Source: Octopus vulgaris (Eukaryota). Taken from it: a stretch of DNA of 64,000 nt. The notes below the pieces were generated by a model that worked only from the letters and a program-made list of their open reading frames with translations, did no database searches and was not told the origin of the DNA. Location: NCBI GenBank assembly GCA_951406725.2, contig OX597817.1:98518001-98582000 (forward strand), in the 5' to 3' direction. This document shows, piece by piece, positions 1 to 12,007 of the stretch; the stretch's first letter is position 1, and every line of letters starts with the position of its first letter. The translations under genes were made by a program, and so were the position numbers.

Positions 1-260
1 AACCACTGGATTTGATTAGAAAGCAACAATGAGCAATGGCTAGAAGAATATTGAGTGAAACCTGATGACCAGTTGATCTAGCAGGCAGGGTCTCATTTCA
101 GTGAGGGGTGCCCAATGATGCTGTCAAGAGATAGGTCCCGAAATGGCAGGCATTCTCTCCTAATGACCCCATAAACTTGCATCTGGTATGCAGAGCTTTC
201 AACAGGTAACACTTGCATCTGCATGTTGTTTGCAAAAAAATATTAAAAAATATATATTCG

Positions 261-652
261 ACCCTGTGCTTGAGGAAGCCTATTGAGTCAAGTACATCAA
301 CATTAAAAATCAATGGAAATTGTAGTTGTGATCCCTGTGCCGGTGGCATGTCAAAAGCACCGTCCGGATGTGGCCAATGCCAGCGCCGCCTTCACTGGCT
401 TCCATGCTGGTGGCATGTAAAAAGCACCAATCCAATCGTGGACATTGCCAGCCTTGCCTGGTACCTGAGCCAGTGGCACATAAAAGGTACCCACTACACT
501 CACGGAGTGGTTGGCATTATGAAGGGCATCCAGCTGTAGAAACACTGCCAGATCAGACTGGAGCCTGGTGCAGCCTTCTAGCTTCCCAGATCCCGGTTGA
601 ACCGTCCAACCCATGCTAGCATGGAAAACGGACATTAAACGATGATGATGAT
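261..652 (+). mobile_element. RTE-clade LINE 3' end with (GAT)n tail
   Basis: Same 3' block as 14600-14993 and 10000-10200 (ggagtggttggc..ggaagggcatccagctgtagaaac..ccatgctagcatgg..ttaaacgatgatgat), which follows RTE coding sequence elsewhere in the window. Confidence 0.85.
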
Positions 653-914
653 ATTCATGATCCGCATTATCATCACTTTTCTATGCTGGCATTAGTTGGG
701 CAGAACTGAGCCAGTACCTCTACCTCCACTCCCAACTGAGTTGCAGGACTACATTTTGTTCATACTTTCTCTTTGCAACATAAGTTTCTGTGTCTGGATA
801 AAATGTATTTGTGTGTGTGAGGGTGTAGTTAGTATAACAAATAGGAGAAAAACTATTCAATAATATAGTAGGGGGTAACATATTTTAGTTGATCCAGTAG
901 CATCATAGACAATG

Positions 915-1097
915 TCTTTGTGTTTGTCCCTATCCCAAATTAACAACTGGTGTTGTTTTGTTTATGTCCTTGCAATTTCACGGTTTAGCAAACAACACTG
1001 ATAAATAACAAACTTAAAAATATGTAGTGGGCGCAATTAGTTTCACTAAACCTTTCAAGGTGGTGCCACAGTTCAATAACTGAAACAAGTAAAAGAG
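915..1097 (+). mobile_element. Degenerate 3' half of tRNA-derived SINE
   Basis: acaactggtgtt..tgtcc..ggtggtgcc..aactgaaacaagtaaaaga resembles the SINE tail at 23320-23505 and 61905-62102. Confidence 0.55.
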
Positions 1098-1618
1098 GTA
1101 ATGTATGAATGTGTATATATAAGAACTACACACATAAACCTATCTGTAGATAGAATAACAAAAAGAGAGGAGAGACACAGGCAGTAATAGAGAAGCTAGT
1201 GATATTAGTCAGCAATTGTTAGACCTTTTGAGAAAATCTAAAATATATAAGTTTAGTTGTATGTCTGTATCCAACAATGTATATTATTCTCAGATTTGCA
1301 CATTATTTGAAATACAAAAAGGTCACAAATTTCCAGAACTTTCACATATATTGCTCAGATGAAACTTGGCTGAGTGACCCAAGTGTCTTATGTTCAGTAA
1401 TCTTCCATTTATTAGACAAGACAAACATGTAAGCACTGAGGTGCGACTGGCACCTTTATTTATGATACTGAGAATGATGGATTTTAGTTCAAATAAGAAT
1501 GCAATTATTTTGTTTAACATTGTTACAGTAGTTTGTTTTAATATTAAAAGTGATGTAATTCAATTTAAAAGATCTCTGATATCACTGTTAAAAACCAGTG
1601 TTCAATTCTTGTTTCATC

Positions 1619-1810
1619 TTAACTCCTTAACATTCAGATTGTTTATTCACATTGCTTTAAATTAATCATGCATTACCTGTAGCCTTGAGATTTCATTGAT
1701 CTGATTGCTTATTTTTAGATTGACTTTCTAGAGGCCAGGCCTGACCGGTTTGAACATAAAACAGGTAGAATATTTGGGCTAGATACGGCCGGTTTAAATG
1801 CTAAAAGGAG
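1619..1810. mobile_element. Short non-autonomous DNA transposon (piggyBac-like MITE) relic
   Basis: Imperfect terminal inverted repeats ttaactccttaacatt ... aatgctaaaagg, with TTAA at the left end. Confidence 0.4.
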
Positions 1811-2587
1811 AAACATATCAATTAAAATCTTCCTCGCTACAGGGAGAGGAAGCCACTCTGTCATGTGTTAACATCATCAGATGATCTAGTTCCTATTCCC
1901 AATGTTTCAATAATGTGAAGTGTCATCATGTAGTCATCATCATTTAACATCCATGTTTCATGCTGGCATGGGTTGGACAGTTTGACGATGAAGAATTAAT
2001 TGTTATGTCCAAATATACAATGAAACATCAATGCTTCATTGCATATATATAAGCAGATAAAAAAAATCATAGTGACTGCCTGCAAGCGAGTATGACTTAG
2101 TAATGTATACCATGCTTTCACTCATTATTTTAAGTGTCTACATAGTTACAAGCAGCTAGACACTCTATTGACCTTCTCACCTTTATCTCATAATTTTGTT
2201 GATCCAAACACCTGATTAATAATTAAAGAAAGTAGTTATTTTACTAAGACTGTTCAAATTGATTATGCGTATTTCATTGGAAACATGACTATAAAAGAAT
2301 TTAGCATCAAATTTGATTCTAACTTACATTTTCCACAGCTATTCTAACAACAGTGTAATAATACTTCTGTAACCTCTCACAGGAAACATGACTCCTCCTT
2401 CACTCCTCTCCGCCATTCATTTATGGTTTGAGAATAATTCTATAATTGTTGTAAACTGGAATGGAACTTACTCTCTTTCTGCTCATATCCATTCTCCATT
2501 TAATGCTACTTGGTTTGCATCTTTTAGAGAGATAGATTAGATATAATAAACTCAAAGAGCAACTAGAAAGTGAAAGTAGTATCTAAC

Positions 2588-2875
2588 TTAGGATGTCTCA
2601 TAGATAGTGGTGGCAATGGTGTTGGAGGTGGTAGATGTGGTTATCATGGCAGTGGTGGTGGTGGTGGTGGTGTAGTGGTGACAGTGGATGTGTATGATGG
2701 CAGCAATTATAGTGTTGGTGTTTTTGCAGAGGTGGTGGTGGTGGTGGCGGAAGTGGATGATGATGATAATGATGATGATAGAAGTAGTGGCATTGATTAT
2801 GTTAGGATGTCTCAGTAGTGGTTGTGAAGATGATTCTGATATTGATAGTCTTTGCATTGAGGTGGTGGCAGAGTC
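2588..2875. repeat. Low-complexity (GGT/GAT)n tract
   Basis: Degenerate trinucleotide repeats; they explain the poly-G/V/D/H/T ORFs in the track. Confidence 0.8.
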
Positions 2876-3237
2876 AGAGTAAATAATAAGAGCCCAGTTA
2901 ACACAAGATTCTTAAATTTCGGAGATCATAAGATAGAGAGCAAGGAGTTAAAAGTTCCAATACTGGCCCAATTCCTACACCCCAGATTCTTCAACTATTT
3001 TATAAGAAAGGGATTAATGGCAGGTTGTATACCAAAAAATACATAAATTAATTACTGTTTTATTCTTTGGCAACACATGTTTCATGAGGTACATCCTCGG
3101 GTTCCTAAACCACACCTTGTTTCCCTGGAACCCCTCTCAAGATGCCACCCCAATCATCAAGCCCTGTTAGTGTGTGTGAAGAGACAGAGAGGGAAATGTG
3201 TGAAAGAGAGAGATAACTGAAATTTTTTACTCGGTGT

Positions 3238-5903
3238 ATCATCATCATCATCATCGTTTAACCTCCGTTTTCCGCGCTAGCACGGGTTGGACGGTTCGAC
3301 CGGGGTCTGGGGAGCCAGGGGCTGCTCCAGGCTCCAGTCTGATCTGGCAGTGTTTCTACAGCTGGATGCCCTTCCTAACGCCAACCACTCTGCGAGTGTA
3401 GTGGGTGCTTTTTACGTGCCACCTGCACAGGTGCCAGAGGGGTCTGGCATCGGCCACGATCGGTTGGTGCTTTTTACGTGCCACCTGCACAGGTGCCAGA
3501 GGGGTCTGGCATCAGCCATGATCGGTTGGTGCTTTTTTATGTGCCACCGGCACAGAAGCCAGTCGAGGCGGCACTGGCAATGGCCAATGGTGCCAGAGGG
3601 GTCTGGCATCGGCCACGATTGGTTGGTGCTTTTTATGTGCCACCGGCACAGAAGCCAGTTGAGGCGGTGCTGGCATCGGCCACATTCGGATGGTGCTTTT
3701 TATGTGCAACCGGCACAGAAGCCGTTCGAGGCGGGGTTGGCATCGGTCACGTTCGGATGGTGCTTTTTATGTGCCACCGGCACAGAAGCCAGTCGAGGCT
3801 GCACTGGAAACGGCCCCGTTCGGATGGTGCTTTTTATGTGTCACCGGCACAGGTATCACTACTACTGTTTCCATTGATATTTGGTTCGATGTTCATGTAC
3901 ATGCACTTGACTCAACAGGTCTCCTCAAACACAGCGAGATGCTCCGGGATCCAAGGTACTTTGAATGGGCAGGGGGTATGCGGAACTGGTGCCGGAAGCA
4001 TCTCGGGTCTTAGTAGTCACAGCACATCTCCAGAGATCTCGGTCCTTCGCCATTGCCTCAGTGAGGCCCAACGCTCTGAGGTCATGCTTGACTACCTCAT
4101 CCCATGTCTTCCTGGGTCTACCTCCCCCTGATTCCTTCAACTGTTCGGGAGTGGCACTTCTTCACACATCTCTCCTCATCCATCTGCAGTACATGACCAT
4201 ACCATCGCAAGCGTTGCTCTTGCACACCGCATCTGATGCTTCTTATGCCTAGCATTTCTCTCAGGGTGCTTACACTCTGTCGTGCATTCACACTGACATT
4301 ACACATCCAGCGGATCATGCTAGCTTCATTTCTTTCAAGTCTACGCATGTCCTCTGCAGTCACGGCCCATGTTTCACTGCCGTGAAGCATGGCAGTTCGC
4401 ACACATGCATCATACAATCTACCTTTCACTCTGAGTGAGAGACCCTTTGTCGCCAGTAGGGGTAGGAGCTTTCTAAACTTTGCCCAGGCTATTCGTGTTC
4501 TAGTGGTGACACTCTCTGAGCATCCACCCCCACTACTAACTTGGTCACCCAGGTAGTGGAAACTATCAACTACTTCTAGTTTCTCCCCTGGAGTGTGATG
4601 GAATCTGTTTTCTGAGTGTTTGTGGTGTCTATTGTCCCTGTGCATCTGCCGCACATGAAAGCTATCTTATCAGTTAATTTCCCTTTGATGTTGCTGCACC
4701 TCTTATGTGTCCATAGCTTACACTGGGTGCATCTTATGGAGTTTCTACCTACACCTTTCCTCAGCTCGAGCAGGGCCACCTGCCCGATGGGGTGTGTGCT
4801 GAGTTCGCCTTTCTGCATACTATAACTTTGGTCTTCGCTACATTTACTCTAAGGCCCTTTGATTCTAACCCTTGTTTCCACACCCGAAATTTCTTTTTTA
4901 GTTCCGGTAGTGATTCTGCTATGAGGGCCAGGTCATCAGCACAGAGGAGCTCCCAGGGGCAACCTGTTTTGAATTCCTCTGTTATTGCCTGGAGGACTAT
5001 GATGAATAAAAGGGGACTGAGGGCTGAGCCCTGGTGTACACCTACTTCTACCCGGAATTCTTCACTATGTTCGTTGCTGACAGCCTCTCTGTATAGAGCC
5101 TGTACAGCCCTTATTAGCCATTCGTCAATCAACAGTTTCCGCATCGACCACCAGATAAGGGATCGGAGAACCCTATCAAAGGCTTTCTCCAAGTCCACAA
5201 AAGCTATGTAGAGGGGTTTATCTTTAGCTAGGTACTTCTCCTGCAGTTGTCGGACCAGGAATATAGCATCAGTGGTGCTTCTACCTGGCACAAAACCGAA
5301 CTGCATCTCATCTAAGCAAATTCTCTCCCTAATGAGATGGGTTATGACCCTCTCTGTGGCTTTCATCACCTGATCCAACAGTTTAATACCCCTGTAGTTA
5401 TTTCCATCTAGAGCATCACCCTTACCCTTGTAGCAGTTGACTATGGTGCTGCTACGCCAGTCATTGGGTATGACTCCATTATGAACTACCTGGTTAACAA
5501 TACGGGTGACTAGGCCATAGCCCACATAACCAGCTGTTTTAAGCATCTCAGCAGTGATACCTGATGGGCGGGGGCTTTACCTGGTTTCATATCCTTAATT
5601 GCCTTAACTACAAGGGAGCTCTCTATTTGGATAGCTGGTCCCTCTACTGGGTCAACATTTGGCAGGCTCTCCTCCTCCCATTCATTCTCCACATTCAGCA
5701 GTCTTTCATAATGGCTTCTCCAAGCCTCTTTCTTTTCACCAACATTAAAAGCAAGTGCCCCATCATCCATGCGGACACATTTCTCTCCTGTAACATCACT
5801 ATTTTCTCTCACACACTGTCTAGCAATACGAAATACCTCAGTTCTTTGGTCCTCACGTCGCTGGACATTGGCAAACTTCTTCTTTTCTGCTATATCATTG
5901 GCT
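3238..5903 (-). mobile_element. RTE-clade LINE, 5'-truncated or interrupted, pseudogenised
   Basis: Minus-strand ORFs carry RT motifs NYRGIKLL, QFGFVPG, FVDLEKAFD, GVHQGS, (Y>C)ADD, a PHD-like Cys cluster and thumb LHGSETW..LRWYGHV..GRPRKTW. The (ATC)n tail lies at 3238-3255. Confidence 0.93.
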
Positions 5904-5906
5904 ATG

Positions 5907-5938
<32 letters not shown>

Positions 5939-6328
5939 TGTATGTATGTATGTATGTATGTATGCATGTATGTGTGTGTGTATGTATGTGTATGTATGTG
6001 TGTATGTGTGTATGTATGTGTATGTATGTGTATGTGTGTGTGTGTATGTATGTATGTATGTATGGCCGATTCAGTGTTTACATTATTTCGAGTTAAAACG
6101 AAAGATTACCAAAAAAAATTTTGTCTATATCTTCGATCACTGTCATTATTCCATTGAGTCAACCTCATTATTTTATACATAGCAAAGGTAATCTTTCGTT
6201 TTAACTCGAAATAATGTAAACACTGAATCGGCCATACATACATACACACATACATACATACATAAACACACACACATACATAGATACATACACACACACA
6301 TACATGCATACATACATATACACATACA
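5903..6328. repeat. Palindrome: perfect 50-bp inverted repeat flanked by inverted (TATG)n/(CATA)n microsatellites
   Basis: 6061-6110 is the exact reverse complement of 6187-6236, with a 76-bp spacer. Confidence 0.9.
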
Positions 6329-7046
6329 CCGAGTAAAAAATTTCAGTTATCACGGAAAGGTCTACTACAAACGAAAGATTGCCAAAGATAAAAAGTTACA
6401 GAAATAAAAGTTACACGAATAAAGTAAGGAATAAAAATCACAAAAAATATACGAAAATTTACAAAATCTAAGTTAGTTATATAATATATAAGTTTAATAT
6501 ATAAGTTAGTTAATAATATATAAAAAATTCCAGTTGTGTTTACATTTCACATGTATGTTTAGTACGTCACCAAATTGGTGGTTACGTCTATTGAGACGGA
6601 GTAAATAATATCAAGCCGAAAGACCGAATACTATTGGTTAAAATTCTAATTATTAAACAATGTTAAACTTAGAAGTTACAATTCCGTTTTCATTCTGGTT
6701 TACAATTAAGTTTACTTTTGACACATTCTACCAGTATACGAAGTTTCAAATTGTTTGGTTAAGTAGGAAAAATTTGACAAATCAGGCTTCGAAACTGAAA
6801 AGATCCCCCAAATTCCCTACAGAAAATATTCTTTCTTCCTCGTGTCGTATTTATTACTTAACGCCTGACCACCTAAAGCTCTGACCCCACCCCTCTCTGA
6901 CTCACTGTCTCTCTAATTTAAGTTATGTTTTCCTCAAATCCCAAAGTTCTCAACTTTCAACTGTATCTCACGATTTCGGCATTTGCTGTTTCAGTAATTT
7001 TTGTTGCAGAGAATTCCCTATGAATACTCTTCTCCCTCGTGTTTGT

Positions 7047-7084
<38 letters not shown>

Positions 7085-7489
7085 ATTTACCACTCTTTGA
7101 TTTACCACCTAATCCCTAACTCTATATAACTAGCGTATGCCCTGCTTCTTTCCTCTACTCGATTTTCATCTCCTTTGCTGATAATACACGGATTTCAGAA
7201 AAGAGCAGTTAAGCAATTTTAACTTTCAACCTTCTTGCTCTTCCGCGGCGCGCCCGCCTGCCCTCTCACCCCTCCACTAATACCTGAAGTTTCTACCTCT
7301 CACCCCTCCACAATACCGGAAGTTTCTACCTTTGTCTTACTTGGCTATCCCCCCCCCCGTGAATACTCCCACCCACACCCCTATGTAGGGTTCATTTGAT
7401 CATATAGTGCAAAAACTGTGTAGTGTATGGAGGTTGTAGTCTAGTGTTTCCGTATGAAATCTGCCAAATGCAAGCTTTGTTTTCAGGTA

Positions 7490-10163
7490 CATGACACGGC
7501 TGTCCCTCATCCCAGGGTCTCAGAGGCCCACACCTCCCACACCCTCAGAGTTGGCACATTGAAAGGTAGGTCTGGTGAGATTGTTGAGCTGCTTGAACGG
7601 AGACGTGTGGATTTGTGCTGCATCTAAGAAGTAAGGTGGAGAGGAGGTTCCGCTAGGTTCCTCACAGGCAAAGAACACAGGTACAAGATTTTTTGGGTAG
7701 GAAACACTGACGGGGTCGGGTGCGTGGGTATACTTCTTGCGGAGAAATGGGTAGATAAGGTAATCTAGGTAGTCAGAGTAAGTGACAGAGTACTTAAGAT
7801 TAGATTAGTGCTTCACTGTAGGCCAGCTACCATCATCTCGGCATATGCCCCTCAACCGGGGCTACCAGTGGGGCAGAAAGACCGATTCTACGACACCCTA
7901 TTGCAGACTAACTCACTGACAAATGACAGGGACCTTCTCTTTGTGGCAGGTGACTTCAATGGACATGTTGGACGGCACGTCGGGGGCTTCCATGGCATAC
8001 ATGGAGGCTACGGTTTTGGTTCTCGCAATGAGGAGGGAACCAGGTTGCTGGAGTTCTGCGATGCAAATGACCTTATGGTTTGCAATACCAACTTCAGGAA
8101 ACCCACCTCTCACCTAGTCACCTACCGTTCTGGCAGACACACTAGCCAGATTGACTACATCCTCGCCAGAAAGACGGAAAGAGGGCTGCTTATAAATGCC
8201 AAAACCTTCCTAGGCGAAGAATGCACTCCTCAACATAGATTAGTAGTTAGTGACTTCAGGATCAGGGCTAAATGGTTGCCCAGAAGAAGACCTGCTTGGA
8301 AGAGAAGGGTCTGGAAGCTTAAAGACCCTGCAAATGGACAGAGATTTAGAGACGTACAACTCAAACTCTTCGATGAAATAGAAGGGGATATAGCTTCACA
8401 TAACGTGGAAGAAAACTGGAGGTTTCTACAGGACAATCTGCTGACAGCCACTGACCAGATCTGTGGATGGAGCAACGTCCCATCTCGACCCAGGGTAATG
8501 TGGTGGTGGAACAATGTTGTTGACAGGGCTATTAGACAAAAGAAACAGGCTTGGAAGGACTGGAAGAACGGTGGTAGCAGGGAAGTGTATCAGACTGCCA
8601 GAAGGGAAGCTAGGAGACAGGTTTATTTAGCCAGAGGAGAAGCAGATCTGAAAAAATTTGCCAATGTTCTGCGCCATGAGGACCAAAGACTTGAGGTATT
8701 TCATGTTGCAAGACAGTGTGTGAGAGAGAATCGTGATGTGGTAGGAGAGAAATGTGTTCGCATGGATGATGGTTCACTTGCGCTAAATGAGGATGCAAAG
8801 AGAGAGGTTTGGAGATGCCACTATGAAAGGTTGCTGAATAAAGAAAATGAATGGGATAAAGAGTGTCTGCTGAATGTCGACCCAACAGAGGGACCAGATA
8901 TCCGAGTTGACAGTTCTTTGGTAGTTAAGGCAATTAGAAGCATGAAGACAGGGAAAGCCCCAGGCCCATCAGGAATTACTGCAGAGATGCTCAAAATATC
9001 TGGCAGTGTCGGCTATAGCCTAGTCACCCGCATAGTTAACCAGTCATACCCAATGACAGGTGTAGCAGTATAATAGTCAACTGCTACAAAGGTAAAGGTG
9101 ACGCACTAGATACAAATAATTACAGAGGTATCAAGCTGTTGGATCAGGTAATGAAGGTTACAGAGGGGGTCATAGCCCAACTGATTAGGGAGAGAGTCAA
9201 CTTGGACTAGATGCAGTTTGGTTTCGTGCCAGGGAAAAGCACCACTGATGCCATATTTCTGGTGAGAAAGCTGCAGGAGAAATACCTAGCCAAAGATAAA
9301 CCTCTGTACCTGGCTTTCGTTGACATGGAGAAAGGCTTTGACAGGGTCCCCTGATCCCTTATCTGGTGGTCAGTGAGGAAACTAGGGATAGATGAATGGT
9401 TAGGGAGAGCTGTACGAGCCATGTACAGGGACGCTGTTAGTAAGGGTTGGTAACGAGTACAGTGAAGAATTCCAAGTAGAGGTTGGGGTCCACCAAGGCT
9501 CAGTCCTCAGCCCCCTCCAATTTATCATAGTCCTCCAGGCAATAATGGAGGAATTCAAGACAGGATGCCCCTGGGAGCTCCTCTATGCTGATGACCTTGC
9601 TCTAATTACTGAGTCACTATCAGAACTGGAGGAGAAGTTTCAGACGTGAAAGCAAGGATTAAAATCGAAGGGCCTTAGAGTCATCCTAGCTAAAACCAAA
9701 ATCCTAATAAGTAGTAAGGTAGACAAATCACAAACGCCTTCATGTGGATTGCCCTGCTCGATCTGTAGAAAAGGCGTGTGTAGGAACTCTATAAGATGCA
9801 CCAAGTGTAAGCTATGGACACATAAGAGGTGCAGCAATGTCAAAGGAAGGCTAACTAGGAAGATAGTTTTTGTGTGTGGCAGATGCTCAGGAGCAATAAA
9901 CACTGAAAATACGCAGACCATCTTCCGCCATATTCCAGGGAGAAAAACTAGAAATAGTTGATAGCTTCCGTTACCTAGGTGACCAAGTCAGTAGCGGTGG
10001 CACGTAAAAAGCACCCACTACACTCATGGAGTGGTTGGCGTTAGGAAGGGCATCCAGCTGTAGAAACACTGCCAGATCAGACTGGGCCTGGTGCAGCTTT
10101 CTGGCTTCCCAAACCCCAGTTGAACCGTCCAACCCATGCTAGCATGGAAAGCGGACGTTAAAC

Positions 10164-10200
<37 letters not shown>
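7490..10200 (+). mobile_element. RTE-clade LINE with APE endonuclease, RT and PHD finger; internally deleted before the 3' tail
   Basis: ORF 7808-9073 has APE motifs SAYAP, GDFNGHVG, SQIDYIL, QHRLV. RT motifs follow (GVHQGS, YADD at ~9584). Stops and frameshifts are present; (GAT)n tail at 10164-10202. Confidence 0.93.
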
Positions 10201-10202
<2 letters not shown>

Positions 10203-10324
10203 ATAGATAGATAAAACTCATTTGGAAAAGTATGTGTGGCGTTCAATCGTATAATATAAATAGTATGTAAATGTTTGCATATATACATACATATATATAT
10301 ATATATATGTATATATATAAACAT

Positions 10325-10645
10325 GCATATATGGTACAGGACATTAAAAAAACGTTAAACACAATGAGAAGCGAAAATGAACTTTTTTCGAACAACGAAA
10401 AAACAGAGAAAAGAGAATGCAACATAAAGAATATTCCCCTTCCTCAGTTGTCCCTGTTTTATCTACTCTACGTTTTGAGGGTACGCAGAGTAGATGAAAC
10501 AGGGACAACTGATGAAGGGGAATATTCTTTATGTTGCATGTCTCGTTTCTCTTTTTTTCATTGTTCGAAAAAAGTTTGCTCTCTATGTTTTCGTTTCTCG
10601 TTGTGTTTAACTCTCTTTTGATGTCTTGTAGCCATATAAGCATGT
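10325..10645. repeat. Fold-back inverted repeat between (TA)n tracts
   Basis: 10338-10468 is an imperfect reverse complement of 10488-10628, with a ~19-nt loop. Confidence 0.85.
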
Positions 10646-10700
10646 ATATATACATACATATGTAGGTATGTACATATATGTATGTATATATACATATATT

Positions 10701-10740
<40 letters not shown>

Positions 10741-10744
<4 letters not shown>

Positions 10745-10905
10745 AGGAGTGGCTGTGTGGTAAGTAGCTTGCTAACCAACCACATTGTTCCGGGTTCAGT
10801 CCCACTGTATGGCACCTTGGGCAAGTGTCTTCTGCTATAGCCTCGGGCCGACCAATGCCTTGTGAGTGGATTTGGTAGATGGAAACTGAAAGAAGTCTGT
10901 CGTAT
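10741..10905 (+). mobile_element. tRNA-derived SINE head with CORE-like domain
   Basis: Pol III A box (tggctgtgtggtaa) and B box (gggttcagtccc), then ccttgggcaagt, resembling the CORE/MIR motif. Copies at 23111, 54490 and 58441. Confidence 0.85.
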
Positions 10906-10910
10906 ATATG

Positions 10911-10954
<44 letters not shown>

Positions 10955-12007
10955 GTACCAAAGAATTAGTAAAAGAAAAATTGGTACAGTTGTCTCACTT
11001 CCTCCATAAAGTCTTCAGTTGTGACAATCATTTTCCCAACATTTTTTTTCAGTTTGTGAATATTCATAAATTAAAAGAAATTAAAGACAGAAAAATTACG
11101 GATGAAATGCAACTCAGCATTTTGTCTAATATTCAAACGATTCTGCTAAACTGTTAATCATAATTCTTACAGCCACATAATCTGAAATTTGCTTCAAGTG
11201 AGACAGCAGTATTTTGTTCAGAATTCTGGTTTAAAGCATGCTATAGAACCACTCATAACTTTATATATTTTCTGGAATTTTGAAAAAGTCTGCAAAATTT
11301 GTGCTCTTATTGTTCTTGTATGTACAAGAACTCATGCAAATATGCAATAAGCAAAAACAAAAAAAAGAAAAAGAAAAAATGTGACTGTTATTTTTAGCAC
11401 ATCTCAGGATCACCTCATACCCTCCTCATTATTTTGTCAGTCTGATGTATTAATGTTCTACAATATATTTCTTCCCATAGATACATTGTTGGGACTTAAG
11501 CCAAAAATGTGGACTGTCTGTATTTGAAACTGTGACTTGTACAAAAATTTTTAAAAAGTATTCTGTGTATTCCTGTGTGTAGAATAGTAACTCATGAAAT
11601 TTTTCTGTTAATTGCAAAATATAAAAAAGTTACAAGTGGTTATATGGCATTCTTAAAGGAGAATTCCACCAAAAATTGAAAGTTACAAATGTTGAATATG
11701 TCTGAGAAAATATCAATTTTCCATTTGAAAATTATTGAATGATTTCATTGTGATTTGCAATAATTTCGTTGCTCATGTTTTCTATGGAAGGTTGAACATT
11801 CTGTGAAGTATTTATTTAATATAATTTTCACAGCTTTTAGTAAAAGTGCAATCTGACATGTGTGAGAAAAATTGAAAGTCACAAATTGAAAGTTATCTGT
11901 AGAAAATGTTAAAATTTAATTTCTAAATTTTCTAGATTTCATGCTGATTTCCATGTTTTCTGAGAAATGCTGGGACTTCAGGAAATGTTTGTAAATATAA
12001 TCTTCAC

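Noticed and set aside
55-160. Possible hammerhead (ctgatga at 62, gaaa at ~150)
   Set aside because: No convincing stems I-III could be built.
2570-2882. Gly/Asp/His/Thr-rich ORFs
   Set aside because: Translations of trinucleotide low-complexity sequence.
3287-4131. 196-217 aa repetitive ORFs, or a CRISPR-like repeat-spacer array
   Set aside because: These are antisense frames of the RTE 3' UTR tandem units. The spacers are related to each other, the context is eukaryotic and there are no cas genes.
10741-10815. tRNA gene
   Set aside because: A/B boxes run into a SINE body and recur as dispersed copies; no proper cloverleaf.
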